A DNA stretch of 64,000 nt from Mayamaea pseudoterrestris (Eukaryota), in assembly GCA_027923505.1 (NCBI GenBank), contig BROI01000025.1, positions 310,001-374,000 on the forward strand, written 5' to 3'. The notes beneath the pieces are model-generated. The model was not told where the DNA came from. It saw nothing but the letters and a program-made list of their open reading frames with translations, and did no database searches. Each line of letters opens with the position of its first letter. The stretch's first letter is position 1. Position numbers and translations under genes: made by a program. Shown piece after piece: positions 1 to 10,574 of this stretch.

Positions 1-657
1 AAACATGAGCGATGCCAATCGCTGTCCCGACATGACAGTCGTCGTGTCAAAGGCCATTTTCGGAAGACCACCAATCAAGCCCAAGACAGTTTGACGCACG
101 GCACTTTGGACGCGTGGATGAGCCGTCGATGTGAATCGAGAAATGAGTTCATTCGGCGAGAGTCTACTAACGACGGCCATGTATGGATTATTCGCTAGAG
201 ACTCCTGCGTCAAAGGTGCAGCATTCTGCACCATGGCTCCGCCACTTTCAGACTCGTTACCGACGACTGCAGAGGATTGCATCAATTCATTGGATGCCGT
301 TGCATTTAATTTATCAGTAGCTTCCCTTGGCGTCGCATCAGCGTTAACAGTGGCATCGGCGTTGTCATAGGAGAGAGGCAGACTATTTTCGCTCATGTAT
401 TCGCGAGCCTTGATCAAATTCTCCGACTCCTTGTACGTTGGGTCTAGAAACTTGTCAATATCTCCAAACTCGTCGTTGTCTTTTCCAGACGATGGCGGTC
501 CATCTCCTACCGACGAAAAGAGTGCGATATGTCTACTCTGCTTTGCTGATTTAATTGCCGAGAAGAATGGATTCGGTTGATGAAAGCCAAACGATTGATC
601 AAAAGTCGCAAGCAGCATGGCAGCCAATGTGGAGCACAAGCTAAATCTGCTTCGCAT
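1..657 (-). CDS. Plastid-targeted DUF760-family protein, 5' part (runs off the window start)
   Basis: Hand translation from ATG at 657: MRSRFSLCSTLAAMLLATFDQSFG-F (signal peptide + Phe), open to position 1. It ends ...LSPNELISRFTSTAHPRVQSAVRQTVLGLIGGLPKMAFDTTTVMSGQRLASLMF, which matches the DUF760 core as I recall it. Absent from the ORF track because it is truncated. Confidence 0.75.
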   Translation of the reverse strand, partial: MRSRFSLCSTLAAMLLATFDQSFGFHQPNPFFSAIKSAKQSRHIALFSSVGDGPPSSGKDNDEFGDIDKFLDPTYKESENLIKAREYMSENSLPLSYDNADATVNADATPREATDKLNATASNELMQSSAVVGNESESGGAMVQNAAPLTQESLANNPYMAVVSRLSPNELISRFTSTAHPRVQSAVRQTVLGLIGGLPKMAFDTTTVMSGQRLASLMF

Positions 658-897
658 CCTTTGTCGAATTATTCTGTCGTTTGGCCGTTGATAATACATC
701 GAACTGTTTAAACAATTGGTTTAGGAAGTTGATCCAAATCAAAAATAGTCAATCGGATGGAAGGGTGCTGAGATGTCGTCGTGGTGATGACAGCTTCACG
801 GCGCGGGGCGCGCGCCTTCTTCCGTGGAATTCCACGTGGCATGCCGTCATTTTTTTCCTTCGCAGATTTTGACGCATTCTGTTTATGCATCCCTACA

Positions 898-1140
898 ATG
901 GCTGAAAACGACGACAACGACGACATCGAGAAAGAGCCACTTGAATTTGTAAGAGGCGACTTTGTCGAGCTGACGCAGGGAGGTTTCAGGGGAAAGCGCG
1001 GCTTTGTTCAGGAGCGTCAAGACGGCGACGGTAGCTTTACGAGCAATGACGAATGCATCTCGGTCATACTCGACAATGAGGTGCCGTACTTTGTGCCGCC
1101 TGAAGAAAGAGAGAATCTGCTTTTAAACTTGATTTGTTAG
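898..1140 (+). CDS. Small acidic protein with KOW-like motif (hypothetical)
   Basis: MAENDDNDD...FVRGDFVELTQGGFRGKRGFVQE resembles a KOW motif; short, and could be a fragment. Confidence 0.35.
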   Translation: MAENDDNDDIEKEPLEFVRGDFVELTQGGFRGKRGFVQERQDGDGSFTSNDECISVILDNEVPYFVPPEERENLLLNLIC

Positions 1141-1396
1141 AAGTGACTTGAAGCTGTTGCGAAGGGAGGGAGAGGAGCTAAAGCTACCAGGGTGCACAAA
1201 GATGCAACTACTGCGGTAAGTAGACTATGAGGATCGTGAAGATCCGTATTAGTCGCATCACAAATCAGAACATATGAGATACACGAGACTGTAATGGGCT
1301 ACATATCCGCACTTGTTAGCTTGGCAACAGTTCGCTACGTACATATTTTAGCTACTCGAACACAATTGGGTACCGGTCCGCCATGATATTTGTTGC

Positions 1397-2761
1397 ATGA
1401 AAACCGCGATGTGCGCGGCGCAACGAGAAACAAAGACACTTCCTCCACTTACGATGGCATCTGCTGCTCACCAGAATCATCAAGAAGACTCTTTGTCGAC
1501 TCGAAAGAAGGGAGAATGTGAAACGATTGTGGTATTCGGCGCTGGCACCGTGGAGGTAAATGGCGAATATCGCTTCGCCGGGCGCGCGAATGGACATGCG
1601 CATTACGAAATGAAAGGAACTTGGGAGGGCTCTCTTGCGACATTCGCTATATTTGCTGCTTATGACAAGCGCTGGTATATTGGTATCCTGGAATTGCAAA
1701 AAGAGTGCTACCGCACTTGCAAAATACAGGATGCGTCACTCCTGCCTCCAGCACGAATATGGTGGTGCGATGTTGACGCGAATTGTAAAGGTCCTCCACC
1801 GATTCTTTTTCACGACGGTATTACTTTGCTGGATTGGCGCCATGATCCGATCGTAAGTTTCGCCGATTATGAGATTGTGATTACGGTGGAAGGCACTACT
1901 GAATCGACGAGCTATCACGTTCATAAGATTTTTCTTAGCAGTGGATCGGCCTACTTTGCAGGAATCTGGGGCGCTGGAGCGAATTTTGCCGAAGGGCATG
2001 AAAATACAAGCCAAATTTGTCTTGACAGGCTGACTGCGGACGCGTTTCCGCATTTGCTCGACTACCTATATTGGGTGTACGCGAACCATGGGCGTATCGG
2101 CCTGCTAGCGGCAAGCGACTACTGGGAAAATGTTAGCCTTTACTGGCTTGCAGATTACTTTAAAATTCATCAGCTTACTCAAGACTTGGATCACGATTTT
2201 GAAAAAGATATAGCGGCGAATCCATGCAGCTGTCACCATTACCTCCCTTCCGCGCAAACCCTCGGTGTACAACCCCGTATAAATTCCGTGGTGGATACAT
2301 ATGTGGCACACTTCTCGGAATTAACGGAAGAAGATATAGATGATCTTGCTGATGACTTGATTGCTCCAACTCTGGTATTGATTCTTGGCAAGATTGAAGC
2401 TTCCGAGTGCCACGGTCTCATTGCCAGCCAGTTGGTCGCAGCCTTTTGCGAAAGGGTATTGGTCGACTCGGAAACATTTCTAGCTCTGTCGAATGCAACT
2501 GTCCTTCCGCATATTCACCCCGACGCGGTATGGGCTTTGCTGGACGCAGAATCCAAGGTGCTTGGTGCACCAGCATCGACAACAGAGCTCACAAACCTAC
2601 AGGAGCGATGCATCGAGGCATTGTCCGCGAACTTCCTTTCCATTGATTTTGATGACAACGGGCCAGCTGCTTCGCAATCGCCTTTATTTTATTGTAAACT
2701 CATGGCCAAGTCGCAGGAGCATTGGCGCAGCGAACGGGATGCAGCAGTGCAAGCGCCTTAG
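1397..2761 (+). CDS. BTB/POZ domain protein (diatom-expanded type)
   Basis: 454-aa ORF. DWRHDPIVSFADYEI...YHVHKIFLSSGSAYFAGIW...AFPHLLDYLY...LYWLADYFKI is a BTB signature. The true start may be a downstream Met. Confidence 0.8.
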   Translation: MKTAMCAAQRETKTLPPLTMASAAHQNHQEDSLSTRKKGECETIVVFGAGTVEVNGEYRFAGRANGHAHYEMKGTWEGSLATFAIFAAYDKRWYIGILELQKECYRTCKIQDASLLPPARIWWCDVDANCKGPPPILFHDGITLLDWRHDPIVSFADYEIVITVEGTTESTSYHVHKIFLSSGSAYFAGIWGAGANFAEGHENTSQICLDRLTADAFPHLLDYLYWVYANHGRIGLLAASDYWENVSLYWLADYFKIHQLTQDLDHDFEKDIAANPCSCHHYLPSAQTLGVQPRINSVVDTYVAHFSELTEEDIDDLADDLIAPTLVLILGKIEASECHGLIASQLVAAFCERVLVDSETFLALSNATVLPHIHPDAVWALLDAESKVLGAPASTTELTNLQERCIEALSANFLSIDFDDNGPAASQSPLFYCKLMAKSQEHWRSERDAAVQAP

Positions 2762-3101
2762 AATGATGTGACTTTCAACGAATTCAACTCAAAAAATGAT
2801 CGGTACAACCGTCAACAGCACTTTATGCGGGATATAGAATACTGTAATACTGTTATAAATAAGTACAGATAGTCGTCTTGAGAAGTGTTAAAAATCGATA
2901 GCTGCATTGAAAAAAATGAGCAACACTGCTGACTTGAAAAATGTCGTACCGGTTACTTGCAAGCGCTCGTAATCATTTACATTAACACGCATACAGCAAC
3001 ATGGCGAGCGCAAGAGAGCATGTCGCGCGAAACCACCGAATCCGTTTTGTTCGCAGTGTCCATGACAGCATTACTCTCTGCACGACCAACTCCGAAGAAC
3101 C

Positions 3102-4448
3102 ATGGTGACAGATCCAGCAGTTACAACAGTCCGATGCTACTATGAAATACTCGGTATCCCGCTCGACGCCGACGTGGCCGCCATTAAGAAGGCCCATCGC
3201 CAACAGGCTCGCTTGCTGCACCCTGACAAAAACATTGACGCGGATACGACGGACGACTTTCGCCTCGTCCAGCAAGCCTACGAGTGTTTATCAGATTCGC
3301 AGGAACGACAGTGGTACGATGATCACCGTACAGCTATACTAAAGGGTTGGACAGGAAGTGACAACACTTCAGGTGATGGTGATGCTTCAAATTACTTGTT
3401 TGATGTCACTCCATTCATGATGGCAAGCTGCTACAGCGGGTACAACGACAAGGACGAAAAAGGCTTTTACCGCGTCTATGCTCGCGTATTTTGTCACTTA
3501 CAAAAGGAGGAGCATGATCACTATTCGTCGAGCAGTGGAGCAGCCGACAATGATCAATCCTTTCGATCACTGCCAACTGATTTTGGAACGTCACAATCCA
3601 CTTGGGAGGAGGTGTCTGCATTTTACGCTGCATGGGAAGGCTTTTCAACCAGCCTCAACTTTGCATGGGCCGACGAGTACGACACGACGCAAGCCCATCA
3701 TCGTCGCATGCGCCGCGCCATGCAGGATGAGAACCAAAAGAAGCGGCGCGCCGCCCGCAAAGCGCGCAACGACGAAGTCGCCGCCTTGGTACGATTCGTC
3801 AAACGCCGAGATCCTCGCGTACAAAAGCGAAAACAAGTAGTGGAACAGGAGCGATTGAAGAAGGAACATGAGCAAAAGTTGGCGCAAGTGGAACGAAAGC
3901 ATCAAGCCAAGCTTGCTCGTGAGGAGTGGCGAGCGTCGGCCGAGTTTGAACAAGCTGCGGCGGAACAAGCAGACTTGCTGGCGGGGAGAATACGACTTGC
4001 AGATTTGGATGACGATTATGACTATGGAGGCGGTAAGAAGGGAAAGAAGAAGAAAAACAAGGGTCGAAAGCAGCAGCAAGTCTTGACGGACAGTGATGAG
4101 GAACCAGAACAAACTGAGGAAGCGATTGGCGACGAAGCAGTGAATCAAGCAACAGAAGCAACAGAAGACCCGACCGATGGAAGTCATGAGCCTATTGGTG
4201 CGGACGAAACTGTAACTAGCAGCGTAAGCCAACAACAAGACGCCGAAATTGTAGACGATGAGCTGGGAGATGCTGAAGACAGTTTCGAAAGTGACGACGA
4301 GGAGTCTGAACCAGAGACATGGCGATGTGAGTGCTGTCGCAAAGATTTTAAAAGTGAGGGGCAACTTGAAAACCATTTTCAATCAAAGAAGCATAAGGCA
4401 GCTTTCAAAAAGTGGCGGTCCAATAAGATACTACCGGTAGCTGTATAA
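3102..4448 (+). CDS. DNAJC21: DnaJ homolog subfamily C member 21 / Jjj1-like (J-domain, coiled coil, C2H2 zinc finger)
   Basis: CYYEILG...LHPDKN J-domain; FYAAWEGFST..FAWADEYD and RRAMQDENQK..FVKRRDPRV motifs; C-terminal CECCRKDFKSEGQLENHFQSKKH zinc finger. Confidence 0.9.
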   Translation: MVTDPAVTTVRCYYEILGIPLDADVAAIKKAHRQQARLLHPDKNIDADTTDDFRLVQQAYECLSDSQERQWYDDHRTAILKGWTGSDNTSGDGDASNYLFDVTPFMMASCYSGYNDKDEKGFYRVYARVFCHLQKEEHDHYSSSSGAADNDQSFRSLPTDFGTSQSTWEEVSAFYAAWEGFSTSLNFAWADEYDTTQAHHRRMRRAMQDENQKKRRAARKARNDEVAALVRFVKRRDPRVQKRKQVVEQERLKKEHEQKLAQVERKHQAKLAREEWRASAEFEQAAAEQADLLAGRIRLADLDDDYDYGGGKKGKKKKNKGRKQQQVLTDSDEEPEQTEEAIGDEAVNQATEATEDPTDGSHEPIGADETVTSSVSQQQDAEIVDDELGDAEDSFESDDEESEPETWRCECCRKDFKSEGQLENHFQSKKHKAAFKKWRSNKILPVAV

Positions 4449-5035
4449 TTATGAAGAGCAGTAATAGCTAACATCACAACGGCACGATGCCGACGGGTAT
4501 ATGCGAATTGAAAGCTCATGCGCGTGGTTACAAAGTACATTCACGTCGAACTACCGGTAGTTGCTTTACTTTCTAAATTATACATTGGCGACTGAATAGG
4601 GGAGTCTCAGCATAAGATTTGTGATGTGCCATAGCACATCATCACCCGTTCCAGTTGCTTCCTTGCGTTTCGCGACGCCTCGTTGCGTGACGCCAGACGG
4701 TCATTGAAGGGAACACCAATTTCGTCGAGTGTCACGTGGTCACATTTTCAATATATGCCTCGGCAGTTTCACCGAGCGAAGGGCAATATTAAAAACAAGA
4801 TGCCGTGGGAAACGGGACCTTTATACCTTGACGTTTGCCAGTTTAGCTTGCATGCTCGACTAACTTTCAGCCGATCACCTTTGGCATGAGAGGAGAAGAG
4901 CATCCAACTACCGGTAGATGGACGAGAGGCATATACAAAGCCTACTCTCAGTTCGTGCAGCTGTTGTAGTAGATAGTATTGCTCCTTCTTTGAACAGTCA
5001 GGCCCGAGAGGCCGTGGAACGAGCGCAGAAACGCC

Positions 5036-7042
5036 ATGTTGTCAGTCAAGTCAAACTCACCACCAACAGCATCTCTTCCGATGGACGGCCATGCAGCAGC
5101 ATCACTTCCGCCAGAGCCGGAAGGCTTTAAAGAAGGTATGGCAGGTCAAAGTATCATAACCCAAATTGGCTCGAACGATGTCCTCGTTGGCCGGGGTGCG
5201 CCATCGAACGCGAATGAAGGAAACAAGCGATTCAGGGAGCTTGTCAAGCAACGCAAAATCCAATACGCAACGACGAAAAAGCGGCAAATGAAGGACCAAA
5301 TAGCCAAGTTGATTGTAGAAACCATTACGAGTCGCAATGGCAGGTTTCTGCGCAAGCTAGAGTCGAACGCGGAAGCGGAGCAGCTTGGAATTACAGACAC
5401 TACTGAAGTGTGGCTGCTCGTACCGACGGAGCATGCGATTCGAAAGACAAAGCAAGCATTGCGCGACAAGGATGTCATCATGCCGGCAGCTGGAGAAGCA
5501 GAGAGCGATACCTCTGACGGAGGTTCGGCCCGCCGTGAGCGCCTGACTCGCGTCGCCGAGCGAAGGTACGAGTCGACATCTGGTCCATCGGATCTTTTAC
5601 GAAGGCAGCAGTCTGCAGCTCTTGGTAGCGTGGCCGTGCAGAATTTTTCTAGGGGAATAAGTAATGGTACCAGCCAGCGTCCTAGCTCCTCTCTTTCTCC
5701 AGCAGAGGCGGCTATATTGGCGCGCTATGAGGGTTCGGCGGCGCAGCCGGCAATGGATGGAAACATTGCTTCACTGCTTCTTGCTCAAAATGGAATGCCG
5801 CAGCTACAACCTGGTTTTGACATGAATTTGGGCTCGCTAACCTCAAATGATGCATTGCTGAATGCTTTGAGGGCGTCAAACCCGACAAACGACATTTTGT
5901 CTGCAATGGCGCTCCGTCAAGCCATGATGCCAATGGACCAGCAACACATGCCGCTCGACGGCGGCGTCTATCAGCGCCTGCTAGCTCTCAACAGCATGCC
6001 ATCAAGCAATATAGCTCAGCTGCTAAGTTCACAAGCACCAAGCGTGCCCCATGTTTCCAGTCATACGGCGAGCCAGCCAAAGGCGGACGTGCGGCGTACA
6101 AGAGCCGAAGATGCAATCCGATTGGCGTTCTTGAAGCAAAAGGAGAGTCCTCAGCTGGCGGTGAGCACGCATGAACTTGACTTGCTTCGGGTTATGATTT
6201 GCCATGGGCTTCCAGTATGGTCGAGCGACGCAAATCTTCAGTCGGAAACGTTAAACCCCCATGCCGACGAGTCATCCTTCGCATGGAGTGATTTCGTCTC
6301 TTATTATATTAGTCTTGCAGATGAAGAAAGTGAAGGTCGTCAAGTGCCAATTCTTGATCCTCTTGATGCAGCAAAGCATCTCGTCATGCTTGTGGAGAAA
6401 CTCATCGCAGCAAGTCTTTCCGAGGTGGCTCTTAATGCTAACGAGCAGAACAAAAAGTCCAACGTACTGCTGTGGTTTCGTGCGGAACTTGCTCGCTGGG
6501 CGGCCCATCTTGGCATTATGGATGACAGCCGTCAGCGTCCCATTGCGTTTAGTGCGCAAGATTTAGGCGGCGCCATTGCTGCTGGCGACAAGGTGTCGGG
6601 AGTATCGTCACAGTTAGTAGGTGACCTCACCAAGGAAGATTGCAAAGTGATCATATCTCAGGCAGCTCTGGTGACGAGACTTCGATCCGTTGATGCAAGA
6701 AATCCCGACGCGTTGGATGACAAGGTTGAAAAAGTGCACCACATGATCTCGTCGGCTCGCTCCACGACTCGCATCTCCAGTAGTGTCGATATGGACATCA
6801 TATTGCTGGAAGGAATACTGGAGACTGGATACAGTGCCTCCTTACTAGATCAGATCATTCCAAATGTCAGCAAGGCAGCCGCTGAGTCTCATGTGGAGAA
6901 TCTGATTGGCAGTCTCCATGTAATGCAAGCAAACGAGGATCTCGACAAGGTACTTGCTACGCAAAAGGAGGGGTATGTGCGAGACTCAGTGGGTGACAAT
7001 TCTTCGAGCCAGTTTTCTAAAAAGCGCAAGATCGATGGCTAG
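5036..7042 (+). CDS. DUF6824-like domain protein (diatom-expanded, putative DNA-binding regulator)
   Basis: NDVLVGRG...NEGNKRFRELVK...IVETITSRNGRFLRK...KTKQALRD, followed by a low-complexity Q/M/A region; terminal KKRK NLS-like motif. Confidence 0.75.
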   Translation: MLSVKSNSPPTASLPMDGHAAASLPPEPEGFKEGMAGQSIITQIGSNDVLVGRGAPSNANEGNKRFRELVKQRKIQYATTKKRQMKDQIAKLIVETITSRNGRFLRKLESNAEAEQLGITDTTEVWLLVPTEHAIRKTKQALRDKDVIMPAAGEAESDTSDGGSARRERLTRVAERRYESTSGPSDLLRRQQSAALGSVAVQNFSRGISNGTSQRPSSSLSPAEAAILARYEGSAAQPAMDGNIASLLLAQNGMPQLQPGFDMNLGSLTSNDALLNALRASNPTNDILSAMALRQAMMPMDQQHMPLDGGVYQRLLALNSMPSSNIAQLLSSQAPSVPHVSSHTASQPKADVRRTRAEDAIRLAFLKQKESPQLAVSTHELDLLRVMICHGLPVWSSDANLQSETLNPHADESSFAWSDFVSYYISLADEESEGRQVPILDPLDAAKHLVMLVEKLIAASLSEVALNANEQNKKSNVLLWFRAELARWAAHLGIMDDSRQRPIAFSAQDLGGAIAAGDKVSGVSSQLVGDLTKEDCKVIISQAALVTRLRSVDARNPDALDDKVEKVHHMISSARSTTRISSSVDMDIILLEGILETGYSASLLDQIIPNVSKAAAESHVENLIGSLHVMQANEDLDKVLATQKEGYVRDSVGDNSSSQFSKKRKIDG

Positions 7043-7121
7043 CTACCGATGGTTTAATATTGTATACATTACTAATTAGTAGAGTATGGGGCAAAGCGCA
7101 GGTTCTAATTCGTGCTGTGCA

Positions 7122-7660
7122 TTACTTCTTGTAGTAATCAATTCCATCTCGTTCCAAATCTCGCTTGACAAAGTCATCGTCGCCCTTGATAGCCAACCAG
7201 GCGGTTAAACCAAGTGCCGAAACGGCAAAGAATGCAACTCCGACAAGATTAAGTGGATCACCCTCTTGGATCCCTTGAATGACGCCCTTGCCCTGAATCA
7301 GTTCCTGCAGAAAGACAATCACAAAGGCCATCTGTACGAAAACGCGAAAGAATATACGAACGTGTGAGGTGCTACTTCTGCATCGGCATTCGAAGGGGGC
7401 TGCGACTTATTTCAGCATACCTGCGCGAACCGTCCATTCCAAATTTCGGCATTTCCCTTGAGTCCCCAGGGTGACTGTCCCTCGTTAAAGTTCCAGCGTC
7501 GCTCCTGCAGCGCCGTCACTTGTACACGAGCTGGTGATGACGAAAAAGATTTCGTTGCTCCGTATGTGGCAATAAATGTTCGACGGGGTGCCGTCGTAAA
7601 GGCTGAAGCCGACGCAAGTACCAGCGCCAATACTATCAGCACTGATCGTCTAGAAAGCAT
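7122..7660 (-). CDS. Plastid LHC-like stress protein (HLIP/OHP/SEP family), two exons: 7660-7421 and 7331-7122
   Basis: MLSRRSVLIVLALVLASASA-F bipartite presequence. The chlorophyll-binding motif NAEIWNGRFAQ|MAFVIVFLQELIQGKG is joined across an 89-nt GT..AG intron (7420-7332). A second hydrophobic helix follows. Confidence 0.85.
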
Positions 7661-7964
7661 ATTTCGTGTGGTATAGTAGAGAAAAGAGATGCTGATCGAT
7701 GCGAGGGACGCTTTTGAAATGGCTTGACACATCGATTTCGTCATGGTCAGCGCCGACAGATCGCTGACGTACTCCAAAGTACTCTACGCCATACAGTGAA
7801 GTATTCACGAACATGAACAATTTTACGTTTTCATTCGCGCTGCACGTCGTGCCGCCGTGATAGCGATGCTCGCCGTGTTGCTGCAAGACATTATTGTTTC
7901 CTTCCGCAGCAATCAGTAAGTTCCAATCAAGCATCATTGATTCAAACAATCATATCATCATAGC

Positions 7965-9188
7965 ATGCCCCTGACAAGAGCTGGCGCGAAGCGCAAGCAG
8001 GAGAGCGGCGACGCGCCAGTCGTCGCTGGCAAAACGCCTCGCCGCACAGCAGCACCGAAAGCAGTTACTGCGAGGAACAAGTCTACTACGAAAACTTGTC
8101 AAAACCGAGCCCTATCTGTTGCTATGAACCGTCCAATAGATGTACAAGACATAGGGAGCGTCCAGAATATGTATCTGTATCAAGCCTTTGATCTTCGAGC
8201 CGTCGTTGAGCAAGTGTCGCGCCACTCTGCAAGTCTCGTGGAGCGAAAGGTCGTGCAGCGTTTACAGTACTTGAAATTTTTACTCCGAACGTCAGGGACG
8301 ACGAACCAGCTTGATGAACGCAACAGTCGCCAAATGAGTAGCTTTCTTCAAGAGGTACTCACATACATTGAAATCTACATGGACCAGGATGAAATGCTGG
8401 CTGGTGTCGCCGACTATGATGAGAGTCACCACGTTGGCGTGTACATTTCCGGCGTTGAAACGATGCAAGCCATACTCGAAGCGTCAGAACACTTTCGACA
8501 AGCCATTATTGGCAAGTGCTGGTATGTACTCCTGGAGCTTTTGCGGCGACACAATGTCCGTTTGCGAAGCGCTGTTTGCAACCTGCTCAAGCTTTGCTTT
8601 GTGGATTCTGCACCAATAACACACGCTGCAACGCATAGTACTCGCTCCTTGTCCGAACAGCAGCAGCTTTCCTTGGCGGACCGAAACTGGAATCGAGGAC
8701 TGGTCGAGCGCTTCGTTGACAATGTGAATTGGGACGTTTTCTTTGGCGCAGACTTTTCAGGTTGGGGCATGACGGCGCACCGCTCCACCATGAAACTGCT
8801 GCACCGGGTGTGCCGTGCCATTTCGCAAGATCCGTCGAGAGTGGTAGACCGGTACTTGGACTTGATGAGAGACACGGTGCTACCCTTGCTGGATCAGTAC
8901 TTGGAGCATACCGAAGTAATCATCGCACGCATTGATGCGCTTCAAAATTCGTTGATTGCATTGCTTGACGAACGGAAGCAACTGGCTGTGGATATGGAAC
9001 GTCAGCGAGTTGTTTGTGAAACGTTAATGATGTCGTCGGCGACTGCCGAACGAAACGAAACAACTTTGGCGCAAAACGAAACAACGCTGGCGCAACTACG
9101 CAAGGATCAAACTGAATTGCGTGCTCGCCACTTGAGTATTTCGGCGCGAGAGGATGAGTACAAGGCTGCCATGGCTCTTTTGCGGTAG
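7965..9188 (+). CDS. Hypothetical protein (basic N-terminus, helical core, C-terminal coiled coil)
   Basis: 407-aa ORF; no family recognised; NETTLAQ duplicated near the C-terminus. Confidence 0.65.
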   Translation: MPLTRAGAKRKQESGDAPVVAGKTPRRTAAPKAVTARNKSTTKTCQNRALSVAMNRPIDVQDIGSVQNMYLYQAFDLRAVVEQVSRHSASLVERKVVQRLQYLKFLLRTSGTTNQLDERNSRQMSSFLQEVLTYIEIYMDQDEMLAGVADYDESHHVGVYISGVETMQAILEASEHFRQAIIGKCWYVLLELLRRHNVRLRSAVCNLLKLCFVDSAPITHAATHSTRSLSEQQQLSLADRNWNRGLVERFVDNVNWDVFFGADFSGWGMTAHRSTMKLLHRVCRAISQDPSRVVDRYLDLMRDTVLPLLDQYLEHTEVIIARIDALQNSLIALLDERKQLAVDMERQRVVCETLMMSSATAERNETTLAQNETTLAQLRKDQTELRARHLSISAREDEYKAAMALLR

Positions 9189-9341
9189 CAAGCGAGCGTA
9201 AAGCCTTTACATATACGAGTTTATATTCACATGATAGTGCGCCCAGCACTCGGTTCATTAAGAATGATAGCGCGAAAACTAAAATGATCTTATTAGCTGC
9301 GAGTTTTTTGTGAACAGTTTAACGCAACGTTACATGTATCT

Positions 9342-10574
9342 CTAATATCTCAATTGCATTGGTTCTTCAAGCTCGTCTGGTCGGCGCTGTTGTTGAAAGG
9401 TCTGTGGCTGAACTAACCCAACCTGTCGAGGCAGCCTCAAACTTGCTTTTGCTGGCTCCTCCGCCGCAAAATAATCGACCTTGTACTTGGTTTCATTCTC
9501 ATACTGTCCATTCCATGGATTCTTTGGTCGCCACAAGCTATTCAGAAACGCTGAAGAGTCTCGTTGACTCGACTGCTGCAAGACAGGTTGCTCGTGTTGC
9601 TCCTTCAAATCCATTTCCATCAACAAACCATCCTCTCCATCCTGATAGTAGCCAGGTATTCGTTCCACGACATTGTATCCAAACGCTCGTTGATAGAGTC
9701 GCGTCGCCGCCCCGTTGCCGGCGCGAACGTGCAAACCAACCTTGTCGACCTTGTGACCATAGTCGAGTCGCAAGTGCGCGTGCAGCTGCATCATGAGCTC
9801 GCGCGCCAGTCCCTGCCGCCGAAAGTCCTGCAGCACGGCGAGCGACGTGACATGGCCAAAGGATGCGGTGTGGACGCGACGCTGCTGCATGTAGCGACTG
9901 TGACTGCTAGACTGCCCGCCGTCGTACCAGCGCGTACTTTGCTGCGGCTCCAAATTGTAGTAGCTATGTTCGAGTGACTCCTCCAGTGCCATTGGTCGGT
10001 TCTCCACCTTGCCAAGCACGTAGGCCACCACCTTTTCCGATGACATGGTTGTTGCTGACGGTCCACCCGTCCACCGTGCGCCAGTGTAGCTTGATTTAGC
10101 GACTTGTCCATTATGATTACCATGATTCAATTGCTGCTGCTGCTGCTGCTGCGCCACCACCACCAACGCCAGCTCGGGCCATTGCTGCAGGTGCGAGTAG
10201 TAGAATTGCTCATTGTAGTTTTCCGGAAGCGTCGCCAGGTTGCACTGCTGCATGGATGGAACGTCGGCGCGTCGGGCGAGTCGGAGTGTCAATGTTGTCG
10301 TGGTTTCGTCATGATGCGGCGCTGCGTGGCGGTCATTGTAGTAGGAAACGTAGTCATTGTCGTTGGCAGTGCTACTGCTACGGCTACTGCTACTTTTGAT
10401 GGATGCATGTCTTGCATTATGGGTTTCGTAGGATGAATTTCTTGACGGCAACGTCTTGATGCCGTTTGCATGTGACGTTCTGCCGACGCCGAGGAATGAC
10501 CGCTTCGATTCGCCGGATGCAAAGGCCGATGCCGTCTTGAAGAGGCCAACGGTCAGTAGTAATCTTGCCTTCAT
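9342..10574 (-). CDS. NAA10/Ard1-like GNAT N-acetyltransferase with predicted plastid presequence
   Basis: LRLARRADVPSMQQCNLATLPENY...HLQQWPEL, VVAYVLGKVE, GHVTSLAVLQDFRRQGLA, LHVRAGNGAATRLY, YYQDGEDG all match NAA10. Likely start MKARLLLTVGLFKTASA-F at 10574. Confidence 0.85.
   Translation of the reverse strand: MKARLLLTVGLFKTASAFASGESKRSFLGVGRTSHANGIKTLPSRNSSYETHNARHASIKSSSSRSSSTANDNDYVSYYNDRHAAPHHDETTTTLTLRLARRADVPSMQQCNLATLPENYNEQFYYSHLQQWPELALVVVAQQQQQQQLNHGNHNGQVAKSSYTGARWTGGPSATTMSSEKVVAYVLGKVENRPMALEESLEHSYYNLEPQQSTRWYDGGQSSSHSRYMQQRRVHTASFGHVTSLAVLQDFRRQGLARELMMQLHAHLRLDYGHKVDKVGLHVRAGNGAATRLYQRAFGYNVVERIPGYYQDGEDGLLMEMDLKEQHEQPVLQQSSQRDSSAFLNSLWRPKNPWNGQYENETKYKVDYFAAEEPAKASLRLPRQVGLVQPQTFQQQRRPDELEEPMQLRY

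Noticed and set aside
3645..4382. 245-aa antisense ORF over the DnaJ gene
   Set aside because: Mirror of a Lys/Glu-rich coding strand; no independent motifs.
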